Shown piece by piece: positions 1 through 13,800 of a stretch of DNA of 64,000 bases. Position 1 is the first letter of the stretch, and every line of letters starts with the position of its first letter. The position numbers and the translations under genes are program-made. The notes beneath the pieces are model-generated. The model saw nothing but the letters and a program-made list of their open reading frames with translations, did not search any database and was not told the DNA's origin. This DNA is from Octopus vulgaris (lineage: Eukaryota). The stretch is from the NCBI GenBank assembly GCA_951406725.2, contig OX597815.1, forward strand, positions 175,522,001 through 175,586,000, given 5' to 3'.

Positions 1-2898
1 AAACTATGTAGGACTGTACTAACAAGGCTTATCAGTTCCTCCTATTGAATAAAATTTATCTATCTCTATATATATATTCATAAATTTCTAATTCTAAATG
101 GAGTGATATAAAATTACTTATATGTGAGTGTATTTGTAGGTTCTAACTACGTGCGTTTCCACAAATCACATGTCTCATGATCATAGTTTGTATTCCTGGG
201 ATGATTAGAATGTAATCCATAGTATCCGTGGATATCAATGCAACCCCCAAAACTGTTCACCCAGGCAGCATCATTAGAGTGTGGCTGGCATAATGGAATA
301 GGAGCTTTACTTGCATATTCAAAACGTTTCCCGTAAACAAATTTAAACGATGTATGTATGTATGTGTGTCTGCTTTTGTGTGCGCACGCGTATACGAGTG
401 AACATGGTATCACTTAAACTCTTCATTCTGACTTCTTTCCTAAAGCATATATATCTTTCGATGTTTTGAATTGTGTAGACGTTCTGATGCCATTTTTTTA
501 AGCCAACAACTTCTCTTTAACAGTTGGTGAAGGTTGGAACAACCATTTTCAATCAACTGTTTGTTGAGGATATTGATTCCGGAGTGAATGCTGAAATTGA
601 CCTCGTTTGTGGTCGAACGGGTACCCAGGCAAGTGCAATGTTTTTGTGTTGACTTTGAAAATAAGATACTACTGTGATGAGTCTTTTTTAATGCTTCAAG
701 TACCTGTAAGTTAGCAGACAATTTAAAATAAAATTTTTGGAAATCCTGTCGAGTTTCATCCAACCAATCATCCAATCGAGTTTCATCAATACAGGGAAGG
801 GTTAACAAAGACCAACTTAATAATGAGAAATTTTTATGAAATTTTTCAGTATTTAAATAATGAAATAAAACAAAGTCAGAAGGCTTATTAAAAGTTAATT
901 ACTAGCAACAGAAGCTGTATTAATTACCAGAAAGTAATCTTTATATCCATGTCTTGTTAGAACACCAGTGCCCATGGCAGAAGATTCTCTATGATCTATG
1001 TTTGCTTTTATGTGCCAAATGTGTATATGAGAGGATATCTAAAGGCTAATAAACACAGGGTATTCAGTACTCTAACAAGACATCCATGTTTAGTTGGATA
1101 TAAAGATTACTCAAGGACAATGTATTTTTGCAAAATCTTCGTTAATCTGGTATAGCCTGTTTCAGCCCACCTAACGTAGATTTTTGTAAATCTGAACATT
1201 ATGATATGGATGATGTCTGTTGTGTCGAAGTGACATTGATTCTGTTCTGTATCTTTGATGCTGTTTTGGTATTATTGACCAAGACAGCCTCTCATAAACT
1301 GTTGTTCTGTCTGAACCATTTCAACAATTCCTATCACCAAGATGTAAACATGTACAAACAAAGATGCTATTCATTGTTGGTTTCGAGGTGGAGATGGAAT
1401 GAAGTTCACGAATTTTTCAAATGCGTCAGTGTTTCAAATGGATTTAAAAACTGGCTTCAAACATGTCAAGAAAACACGTTGTAGACTGAATTCACCGTCA
1501 GGTAAGGTGAGGTGTGGATGGCATGCACCGTTGCAATGCGTTGTTGCATTCGTCATTTGTCGATATATTCCTGGGTCTTCTCAATCCTACTTTCATCAAT
1601 GGACAGAGTTTTCTTGTAAAAAGAAAAAAAAAATGTTGCAAAACATTTTGTTCCACAGAATTCATGTAATTAGAAAGAGTGAGCTAAGGAAAATAACTCA
1701 AGTGAGTTATTGGTGGCTGACTCAAACATGAAAGACAATACATTCGATTGATTTTATTACCATTTCGTTCTCAACCAGTGATATTCAAAAGTTTCATCTG
1801 AAACACCAACCTTTGCTAATAAGCGTTCGCTTCCCAAACCCTAAGATGGATTCTCATTCTAATGCTAAAATGAAGAGAATATTACGTTTATGTATTTCCA
1901 GTCGAAGGATGAGTAAATATGGGTGCGGGATAAATCGAAACGGGAATGCAACTCGACTTATAAGGAGATTAACGAACTAGCCACATATAATAACGCAAAT
2001 TTTAGTTGGTTATTGGAGAGGATATTATACTACAATGAGTTCAAGTGGATGCTGTACGGTAGATGTTTATTCTGAGTTTATACAACTTTCCTACGGCGGT
2101 TTTTGGTTTATTCTACCTTAAGCTTTCTTTTAGGTTATATTATTTATTTTGTCTTTTCTCTGAGTAAGGGAGAATATAATGATTCAACGTCACTTATACT
2201 CAAGTGTTATCATTATACCTAAAACCCCTAACTACAGTTATAACGTCATATAGACATATACGCATGGAACGCTATATTATGACATGTATGTTGAATATTT
2301 TAATCGTGTCCTTTAAACCGCTATAAGAAACATAAATCAAAGATTACAGAAATGCATATTTATCTATGCTCAGTTGAAAAACAAACGTGAAGAGAAACAT
2401 TTCCTTTTAATTATTTTTATTATATAAATATAACATTTTATATTTTTTTACAGTAAGAAAGATAACTTTGTCGTGGAGAAAAACGACTATAAATTCCTTA
2501 GCTAAATTCTTCTTTCTGTCTAATACGTTAACCAACAAATCAAAATAGATTTGTGATTAACTTAGACATGGCATAAAAATTTACCGATGTCTCAAAAGAG
2601 TGAGTGACGTGGAGTTATGTGACTACCAACGAACACTGAAATATCTTCCAAAATCCAGGGTTTTTATAACTGCTCAACTTGACTAAAAAGAATTGAAATC
2701 CATGACAGATATTCTTTTCGAAACTTCTAGAATCTTTATATGAGCAGTTATATTAACCAATGGAAAAAAACGAAAATGATATTTCTTCGGCAATACGACA
2801 TTACGTCATATTGCCAATTCGCGCCACATTTCAAAATGGCTAAAATGGTTATTGCTACACAACTTTACTTTGCAGTTTTCAAGTTTCTGTAATATATA

Positions 2899-3018
2899 GA
2901 TATAAATTGATCTACTTGTTATAATAATATAAATAATATAAATTGATCTACTTGTTATAATAATATAAATAATATAAATTGATCTACTTGTTATAATAAT
3001 ATAATAATATAAATTGAT
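2899..3018. repeat. Tandem repeat, 36-bp AT-rich unit, about 3.3 copies
   Basis: tataaattgatctacttgttataataatataaataa repeated from 2901, 2937 and 2973. Confidence 0.9.
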
Positions 3019-3443
3019 ATATTCAATTGACTATGACCCCATTTCTGAAAAACAGCTGACTTCTTAATTGCAAAGAAACGAGTTGAGTGGATTAGCTTCG
3101 CTTGGAATTGAGTGGATTAATTGGTTGGACGAACACTAAAAAACCAGGACATCGGATTTGTAACTTCTTACTATAGATTCAAAACTTGTTGGTTTTCCGG
3201 CGAAGATAGTAGACGTGTATGGCTGAGTTCAGATCCTATCAGCGTCAATATTCTCGTGTGAAATCATTTTGACTTTGGTTTTACAAATGTGATTAGACTT
3301 TGAACATTTTACAAATAAGAGACCATGAGCAGAATATTATTCTTAGATTGTATATTTGTCGATGTTGTATTTATAATTCTTGATTATATAACATTATTTT
3401 TAAAGAATATTATTTCGTTTAATATATCTGGTTCTTTTTTCAG

Positions 3444-3587
3444 GCATCACTTGCTTGTGACCACTTTTCAATAACAACGAAACGTGAACCAAACTCCCTT
3501 GAGGGTAAATACTTTGGGGAGGTAGTTGTCCAAAAATCCCTTGATTATGAAAGTGCACCGTCTTATATCATGACAATATTGGCAACA
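3444..3587 (+). CDS. Cadherin exon 1 of window (ASLACDHF...[18 protein letters not shown]), phase 0/0
   Basis: ttttttcag acceptor, gtaagt donor, 144 nt open, LDYE motif. Confidence 0.9.
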
Positions 3588-4824
3588 GTAAGTTTAAATT
3601 TTTCACCTGAAATGAATAAGGTATTTTAATTTTAAATAGAAAAGTGTGTCCCATAGCTTTGCCGAGTATTGCTATGGTGGGTATACTGTATGCTGTGGTT
3701 GAAAATGGATTGCTCTCTTATCATTGGCGTTGTACTTTACGTCTAAAACACTAAATTTCGAAACGATTTGTTTGTGTTGACATTTGTTTGGTTGAAATCC
3801 TTCATCCTCAGCCGAAAGGAGGTAGTCACAGTTCTAGGACAGCACTCTACACCATATGAGATGTCATCGGATGTACCACAGGGATCTGTCCTTGGTCCCC
3901 TCCTGTTTGTGGCATACATTAATGACATAGATGCCAATTTAAAGAATGCCACAGTATTGAAATATGCAGACGACATCAAGCTGTACCTTGAAATCAAGAG
4001 GACTGATCCTGATGTCTACAACTTTTTCCTGCAATCAGACCTAGACACAATGCAGCAATGGATCACAGACTGGCAACTGAAACTGGCTGTGGACAAGTGT
4101 ACCACCATGCATTTTGGGAGAAAAAACCCTGCGTCCACATACTCCCTCCATAACACTGATATCAAGAAATCTTCTTGCGAGCGTGACCTAGGCATCACTG
4201 TCAGCAGTGATTTGCGTTGGACAAAGCATATCTCTAAAATTGTCAAGAAGGCCGAGGGTGTCTTGGCATCACTCAGCAAGACTTTTGTTAGCCGCTCTCC
4301 AGCCATCTATTTAAAACTGTATACAGCTATGGTACGACCACACTTGGAATTCGCATCATCAGTTTGGAATCCCTATCTTGCTCAGAACATTGACCTCCTG
4401 GAATCTGTCCAGAGACGTGCAACCAAACGCATACCCTCCATCAGACACCTACCATATTCTGAGCGCCTTGTTTCCCTGGGCATGGATTCACTGAAGCTCC
4501 GGCGTCTTGCGACGGACTTGGTAAACACCCACAAGGTTATCAACCACCTCACCAACAACAACACTGAACACCTTTTTGATCTCCATGTGTCTAACACACG
4601 TGGACATGCCTACAAAGTCAGAAAACAGCACAGCTCCCATGACTTTCGGAAACATTTTTTCACGCTCAGGGTTGCTGAAGCGTGGAATAAACTGCCTGCA
4701 TCAGTTGTTGACTGCCATGACACTGCATCCTTTAAGGCCCTCATGCTTCCCGAAATCCGTCGAAACTACACCTGATTATATATACACTTTAGATGAGTTG
4801 TAGTGCACCTGAGCACTGTACACA

Positions 4825-4859
<35 letters not shown>

Positions 4860-7800
4860 ACATGACAAAACTATTTTGATGTCTAAATATGTCCAGGCAC
4901 AAATTTTTAATAATTTTCCTATGCATTCTGAATGTACATATTTAATGTTTGACTTTATAAATTTTGACATTAAATTTGACAAAAAAAAAAAAAAGCTTAT
5001 TCGATTTCTGATATAGTCATCATATGGCATAACCTTGAGAAATTCTGATGAAATAATGAATGGTTAATGCTAAGAGCCAAGGTTAAAATTCTTAGATATG
5101 AAAGGCTGACAGTGAGATTCAAAATTAAAATAAATCAAATGGATTGAAAAGAAATGACATAGATGTTATAAAGATATCTCAAGTGCAATATAGTAAAAGA
5201 CGAATAAAAAAAGTAACGAAACAAACACACAAAAAACAAAAAAATCAATGGAAATTTCTCTGCTGGAGAAAAAAAAAATGTAGCAGATTGTTAGTGGAGA
5301 CGAGGAGAGACAATTTCAAGAAATTAAGAAATAATTTCACGATTGATTTAGATGCTTAGGAGTAAGTATGATTTTTGTAGGGTTTCACAAATTAAATAGT
5401 CTCGAATTTGACTATAGCTGACAACCTGTCTGTTGACAAAGCTCAAATTCCCTCCAAGGGTATAAATTTATTTTGTGAAATTAATGTCCTGAAATGACCT
5501 CCTGCTTTCCTTAAAGAGTTTCTAGATTTTTATTGCCTCTCTCCGGCTCAGTTGGAAATTTCAAATAAAAAAAAACCAAAAAAACTACGTCATTTTGTCC
5601 ATCATACCTGAATTTGATTTTCAAAGCCTGACACCTGGTTTGAAAGCTTTCAAACAGATATTTACACCTGATTTCTTTTGCTAGACTGAGAAAGATAAGC
5701 TCAATCGTATGAATTCTGTTTTGGTGTGTTTTATGCCAGGCAATTATCTTTTCTATCTCCTTACCTGTTTCAGTCATTAAACTGCGGCCATGTTGGGGCA
5801 CAGCCTTGAAGAGTTTTTAGTCGAATGAACCGACCCCATTGCTTATTTTTTCTAAAGCCGGGTACTTATTCCATTGGTATCTCTGGCTGAACCACTAAGT
5901 TACGAACATGAAAATTTATCAATGCTGGTTGTCAAGCGGTGAGAGTGGACAATGACAAACACAGACACGCACATCCACATGTGTGCGTGCGCACACACAC
6001 AACAGGCTTTTTCCAGTTTCTATTTACGAGAGCCACTCGAGGCTTTGGCCAGCCTGAGGCTATTGTAGACAACACTTGCCCCTGGTGCCACGCTGTGGGA
6101 TTGAACCTGGACCCTAGTGGTTGGGAGCAAGCTTTTTATCACATACCCAGCTTTGTAGTTGGCCTTAGTCGGAGCAAGTAAATTTCTCATTTTCTATATC
6201 ATCATCATCATCATCGATGAACGTCCATTTTCCATGCTGGCATGGGTTGGAAGGTTTAACTGAGGTCTGGAGAGCCAGCGGCTGCACGAGGTTCCAATCT
6301 GGTCTGGCAGAGTTTCTACAGCTGGATGCCCTTCCTAATGCCAACCACTCCGAGAGTGTAGTGGGTGTTTTTTACGTGCCACCTGCACAGAAACCAGTAA
6401 GGCAGGCCTGGCAACGATCACATTCAGATGGTGCTTTTTATGTGCCACTAGCACAGGAGCCAGTCAGGCGAACCTGGCATTGACCATGTTTGGATGGTGC
6501 TTTTTATATGCCACTGGCATGGGAGCCAATCTGAGGGTACTAGTATTGGCTACGTTCAGTTGGTGCGTTTTACACACCACTGGCATGGGGGCCAGTCTGG
6601 CAGACCTGGTATCAGTCACATTCGGATAGTGCTTTTTACGTGCTACCAGCACGGGAACCAGTTGGGGGCACTGTCCCCAGCTACGATATTAGTTTTACTT
6701 GACTCAACAGGTCTTCTCAGGCATATCATATATCGCCTGATGCTTTAGAAGTATTCTTAAGTCCTAAATATTGTGTCATTAATGTAATGATATCATCGGA
6801 TGCAACAGAAACAAAGTGAACTAATTATACATCCATTCTTAATGTTAATTGTCTTTATTTGTACAGGATGGTGGTAATCCGATTTTGTCTGCCTCAGTCA
6901 ACATATTAATTGATGTTAAAGATGAACAAGATATGCAACCGGTTTTCATACAGGCTCCATATACTTTCTTTGTTACAGAAAATACCAAGCAAGTAAGTCG
7001 TAACATGATTTTTTTGCTTCTCAATAAATATACTGACAGTTGCTTGCTGGCATATTTATTCAAATCTCTATCCTATTAACGGAATCTAAATATTATGAAG
7101 GTTTTTACAGCCATATTTCCTTTGAAGCACTTTCTGTCTTGCTTAGAACATGATGACATCCGGATTAAATATAGCCCCAAACACACTATGCCTGATGATA
7201 AAGAAGGGTTGATCACAATCAGAGTGGATTTGATGATAGCCCTCTGGATTGAAGCTAAATAGCAACATCAGTAATAACCACAACTAAATTCGCTTCAACT
7301 GGGTCAATGTAAAAACGACGATGATCCCCAGGAAATGTATTATTTTAAACAAAACACAAACTAATAAATAAATATGGAAAAGCCTTAGCGGACATCTTAA
7401 AGTTGAGGCTCATCCTGTTTTTCAATAATGGTAAAATAGTATTTTTTTGAGTGATTCCTGTCACTATTAAGAAGCATAACACAAATGTTCTGAAACTCAT
7501 CAAAACAATGATTCTAATCGTCACATCTGAGACAATACCAGTAATGTAATACACTTGCTTTAAACTCAACATTCCTATGTAATATGTCCCAGTTCTTATA
7601 ATCTTCAAGACAAATTCTTATAAAATGCAACCATTAATGAATATTTTCCAGTCAGCAATCTTGAGTCACATCGACAATGTAATGTCTTCTCTATCCTTAA
7701 TCATCATCATCATCGTTTAACATCCGTTTTCCATGCTGACATGGGTTGGACGGTTTGACTGGGGTCTGGCAAACCAGGAGGCTGCACTAGGCTCTCCAGT

Positions 7801-10800
7801 CTGATCTGGCAGTGTTTCTACAGCTGGATGCCCTTTTTAACACCAACCACTCCATGAGTATAGTGGGTGCTTTTTATGTGACACCAGCACAGGAGCCAGA
7901 CTGGGCAAGGGGGCTGGCATTGACCACATTCGGATGGTGCTTTTTACATGTCACCGGCACGAGGAGCTGGTCAGGTGGCACTGGCAACGACCAACACATG
8001 AATGGTGCTTATTGTGTGCCACCAGCATGGGATCCAGTTAAGCGGCACTGGCATCAGCCACAACTACAAATTCCATTTGATTTGATTTGATTTTGATTTT
8101 GATTTACTTGACTCAATAGGTCTCCTCAAGCATGACATGTCACCTGACAATACAAAGGTACTTTTTAAATGGGCTGGTTATGCAACACTGGTGTAGGCTA
8201 CGGCTGTGATCTCACTTTACTTGCTGGGTCTTCTCAGTCACAGCATATCTCCAGAGGTCTTGGTCTTTTGTCATTGCCTCTATGAAGCCCAATGTTCGAA
8301 AGTCATGCTTCACCACTTCATCCAATATCTTCTTGGGTCACCCTCTACCACAGGTTCCTTCTTCTCTTTGGGAACAACACTTCTTCACACAGCTCTCTTC
8401 ACCCGTCCACAGTACGTAACCATTACCAATGTAGTCGTCTCTCTTGCACACTAAATCTGATGCTTCTTATGTCCAACATTTCTCTCAGGGTGCTTACACT
8501 CTGTCGTGTGTGCACACTGACCTTATACATCCAGTAGATCATGCTAGCTTCATTTCTTTTGAACATTGGCAAACTTCTTTTCTGCTTCTCCCTTGGCTAT
8601 GTAAAGTTGCCCAGCATGTCTTCAGCAGTCACAGCTTATGTTTCACTGCCGTGAAGCATGGCAGTTCGCACACATGCATCGTACATTCTATCTTTCATTC
8701 TGAGCAAGAGGTCCTTTGTTACCAGCAGAGGTAGGAGCTTTCTGAACTTTGCCCAGATTATTCTTATTCTAATGACTACGCTCTCAGGGCATTCACCCCC
8801 ACTACACACTTGGTCACCTAGGTAGCAGAAGCTATCTACTACTTCTAGTTTCTTTCCCTGGTATGTGATGGAATCTGTTTTCTGAGCATCTGTGATGTTT
8901 ATTGTCACTGTGTATCTGCCACATACAAAAACTATCTTCCCGGTTAACCTTCCTTTGATGTTGCTGCACCTCTTATGCGTCCATAGCTTACACTGGGTAC
9001 ATCTTATAGAGTTTCCACCTACACCTTTTCTACAGATCAAGCAGGGCCATCTATCTGAAGGGATTTGTAGTTTGCTTGCCTTCCTACGTATTAGGACTTT
9101 GTTTTTGTGACATTGACTCTAAAGCCCTTCGATTCTAAACCTTGCTTCCACACCTGAAATTTCTTCTCTATTTCTGGTTGTGATTCTGCTATGAGGGCTG
9201 AGTCATCAGCATAGAGGAGCTCCCAGGGACAACCTGTCTTGAATTCCTCTGTTATTGCCTGGAGAACTATGATGAATAAGAGGGGGATGAGGGCTGATCC
9301 CTAGTGGACCCCTACTTCTACCTGGAATTCTTCACTATACTCATTGCTAATCCTAACCTTAGTAACAGCATCTCTGTACAGAGCCTGTACAGCCCTTATT
9401 AACACTTGGTCAGTCTCCAGTTTCCGCATTGCCCACCAGATAAGGGATCGGGGAGCCCTGTCAAAGGCTTTCTCCAAGACCACGAAAACTAAGTAGAGGG
9501 GTTTATCTTTGGCTAGGTATTTTTCCTGCAGGTGTCAAACCAGGAATATGGCATCAGTGGTGTTTCTACCTGGAACAAAACTGAACTGCATCTCATCCAA
9601 GCTGACTCTCTCCCAAATTAGTTTGGCTATAACCCTCAATGTGACCTTTATCACTTGATCCAGCAGTTTGATACCCCTGTAATTATTTCTATCTAAAACA
9701 TCACCTTTACCCTTGTAGCAGTTGACTATGGTGCTACTACGCCAGTCATTGGGTATGACTCCTTCGTGAACTACCTGGTTTACAATATGGGTGACTAGGC
9801 CATAACCCACACCACCAGATATTTTGAGCATCTCAGCAGTGATTCTTGATGGGCCGGGGTCTTTTTATTACTTCATACCCTTAATTGCTTTATCTACCAG
9901 GGTGCTGTCTATTCGGGTAGCTAGTCCCTCTACTGGGTCAACATTTGGCAGGCTCTCCTCCTCCCATTCATTCTCCATGTTCAGCAGTCTTTCATAATGG
10001 CATCTCTAAGCCTCTTTCTTTTCTGAATCATTAAAAGCAAGTGCACCATCATCCATGTGGATACATTTCTCTCCTGTAACATCACAATTTTCTCTCACAC
10101 ACTGTCTTGCAATCTGAAATACTTCAGTTCTTTGGTCCTCATGTCATTGAACATTGGCAAACTTCTTCTTTTCTGCTTCTCCCTTGAGATATCTGGTAAT
10201 GGTGGTGGGAGGAGAGAGAGAGAGAGATATCCGGTATTGGTGGTGGTGGTGGGAATGGGCCAGCACACCACGAACAAGCAAGGTTTGATTTGGAGAGATG
10301 GTACAAGGGGATTTCAGAACAATGAAGGGAAGGAGAGGTTTAGCTTAGCAAAATTCCATGAAGAATTTAAGAGAAACGAAGGCAGAGAGAGATTAGGAAG
10401 TTAAATGATTGGCTTATGAAACTAGCTATTAGTAAATAATATTCATTTAAAGCGTTCATGGTGAATGATAAATTAATCGTCCCAAAAATGAGAAATTATC
10501 TTAGCAAAATTACTGCCCAACAGAATGAAGTATTTATCGCTACTTTGAAGTCAATTCCGATGATTTATAACCTCACTCAGCTTCACATAATCTACTCAAA
10601 ATATTTCCCTTCTCGTCTTCTCTTTTATATTACATCATTTTCAACATTCTTTTTTAATATTCATTCTCACCACATTTATTCGTCATGATAGTATTGAAGT
10701 GGAAGGTAATGAGTTTCGGGTCCCAACCTGGGGTTCACAAAGGTAATACTGGGGGGCTGTGAACTAAATTCAAAATTATATATATATGCATAAGGATAAG

Positions 10801-13800
10801 TATATTAAAAGGGGTCCGTGGCTAAACTCATTTAAATAAAAGGGTTTGGAACCACTGATATAGATAGAATTGAAAGTGAAAGAGAAAAGTGGGAAAAAGA
10901 AAAAAAGAAGAGGTAAAAGATAAAGTAAGGGAGATAAAAGTAATAGATTAATTAAGAGTTACTTCCCTTAACACTTCTAAGCTTGCGTTTCATACTCTGG
11001 TTTATTTTCAATGATTTCAATTCAATATACTTTAAACAAGGCGGCGAGCTGGCAGAAATGTTAGCACATCGGGCGAAATTCTTAGCGGTATTTCGTCTGT
11101 CTTTATGTTTTGAGTTCAAATTCCGCCGAGGTCGACTTTGCCTTTCATCCTTTCGGGGTCGATAAATTAAGTACCAGTTGCATACTGGGGTCGATCTAAT
11201 CGACTCCCCCCCTCCCCAAATATTTCGGTCCTTGTGCCTAGTGTAGAAAAGAATATATTTTAAACACATAACGGGGTGACACCTATTTATCTACAGCAAG
11301 AAATTTTTCTCCATGGCAAAATACAGCGAATGTTTTTTTTTCTACAGATTCGAATATGCGTCAAGCATATTTGAACTGGTAACAAATTTGTATTTATGCA
11401 CATCACTGCTTAGCACTGCTGTCACTTGTATTTTATTTACGGACAACTGCTGAAAAGTGTAACTTTATTGGATGGTGATGGGAATATCATAAGAGGGACC
11501 TGTCCCTTGTGTCAGCTTGTAGCGTCTGCCTTTCCAGTATCTGTTGCTGAAGAGGAAATAACCACTTTGAAAAGCTTGCATCCTACAGCCTTGTAAGGGT
11601 GTACCATGAGCTGAGTTGGTGTATTTACAACTATTTGTCTACAGCCAGAAATTTTCTCCATGACAAAATACAGTGAATTGCTTCCTTACAGTTTCAAAGA
11701 TGCCACAAGCATATTTAAATTGGTTACAAGTTTCTATTTAAAAACATTATTTCTCTGTGAACAATCCTGTATGGTTTCCTTGCATGTATATTTTACAATT
11801 GTTTATTTTAAATGCAGAATGTCAGTGTAGGGAATCTATTAGCACGAGATGGTGATGTGAGCAACCAAAGACCGGTGGTAATTTCTATTGTTGGTGGTAA
11901 GTACTTGGTATTTTTAATCGGTTACACGTGCCCCAACTGGAATAATCAACAACAGTGTTGGCTTAGAAGTCAACGAGTGGAAACACTCATAACCCACTGT
12001 CACTTCTGAGGTTATACATGGTCATAACAAACCCTTTGAAATAGCTCTCTCATGCAACCATAGCTACTATTTCCAAAGTCCCTACAAACTGTGAGCCATT
12101 TCCCCAATGCTGGTGGATGGGCAATCAGTATTTATGCTCTCTTCTAAAAGTCAATCTAATACCTTATTCTACAAAAATAACTTTATCAATAAAAGTATCT
12201 TATTCTCTGCATAGATTTTTTTTTCAAATTACACCAAACACATAAGCAACAGAATCCTTTTGAATGCAACACATCGACTCCTTTGAGCCACTTACAAGTA
12301 GATATAGTTGCAAAGTAATCCCCTACCTGTCTGTCTTCCAACATCTAAAAGAATGATGAATTAAATACGATGAAGCAGTGAACATTTCATCCATTTGGCC
12401 TAATGCGACCTCTCTTATGATGATATGAACTTGTTTGAGTTTCTTTACTAACACTAAGAGTTATTGGTAGATGTTACCATATTTGTACTCTAATCAATTC
12501 ATAAAAGTAAATAGAAGTAGGTATGTTGTTTAAAAACTCAGTTATGCACCAATGATAAGTTATGAGATAAAATTGCACATTGCTATATCCTTCACATCAA
12601 GAAAAATACACATTACTGTGTTATGTAGCAAAACACATACTTTTCTTTTTTTCTTTTCAAAAGGTTTTATCCAGTTATATATATAATGAAATTATTGTAT
12701 ACAGTGCTCAGGTGCATCACAACTTGTCAAAAGTGCATATAAAGTGTATGCAGTAATGTACAAATGTCTGGGAAGTGAACAGTGTATGAGTCAGATACAT
12801 GCCTGCGTGTGTATGGAGGGGAGAAAATCAGGTGTAGTGTTGGCGAATCTCAGGAAGCATGGAAGTTTTGAAGGATGCAGTGCTCCGACAACTAACAACT
12901 GATGCTGGCAGGTTGCTCCATGCTTCAGCAACTCTTAGCGTGAAAAAATGTTTCCGAAAGTCGTGGGAGCTGTGCTGCTTTCTGACTTTGTAAACATGTC
13001 CATGAGTGTTAGACAGGTGGAGTTTGAAAAGGTGCTTAGAGTTATTGTTTGTAAGATGGTTAATAATTTTATGGGTGTCTGCCAAGTCAGCTGCCAGACA
13101 TCGGAGTTTCAATGTGTCCATGCCCAGGGAAGTAAGGCGTTCTGTTACAATATACCTATTGGAAATCAGGATTTCTTAGAAAGATACATTGTTTCAGGTA
13201 CAGGACAACTCACACCAAGAAAATTGATTAATAAATAATTTATTTGTTTTATAACTTTATTCATTTTATAACATTATCAGGTATTTATAGCAGATTAATT
13301 TAATACATGAATACATGACATAAGTTTTAAAATTAAAACAAAAGTAATTGAGAAACTATACATTTTTAAGAGAAGGCTAAAATTTAAATGAGAAATTTAA
13401 CATCCTTTTATTTCAACTGCTTAATTTCTGTTTTTTCTTTTCCCCAGGTAGTGATGTCCATTTCCGAGTTGGAAATACTGTTTCCCATATTGGTAACACT
13501 TACAAAGCGGATTTGATTTCAAATGGTAATATTGACAGGGAGTCATCTGTAGGGCGTTACATAGTCAACATTAGTGTAAGTATTAGAATTTATTTGTGTC
13601 GACGGCTAATACTTTCATGCATGTCATCCAGTGTACGACTCAGAACAAAGTCAGTGATGCCATTTCGTTTTCTAGTTAAAACTTCCATTTCATTTACTAG
13701 ACAAATCCTTTAGTAAAGTCTCAAATGTACCAGCTTAATATTTTCCCTTCCCTGTTATTCGTATTTGTAAATACAAACAGTCATTTATATGTAAGTAAGA

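Noticed and set aside
10952-11269. Recurrent short ORFs such as [22 protein letters not shown] (also 37405, 39491, 58053)
   Set aside because: Translations of family A SINE copies, not genes.
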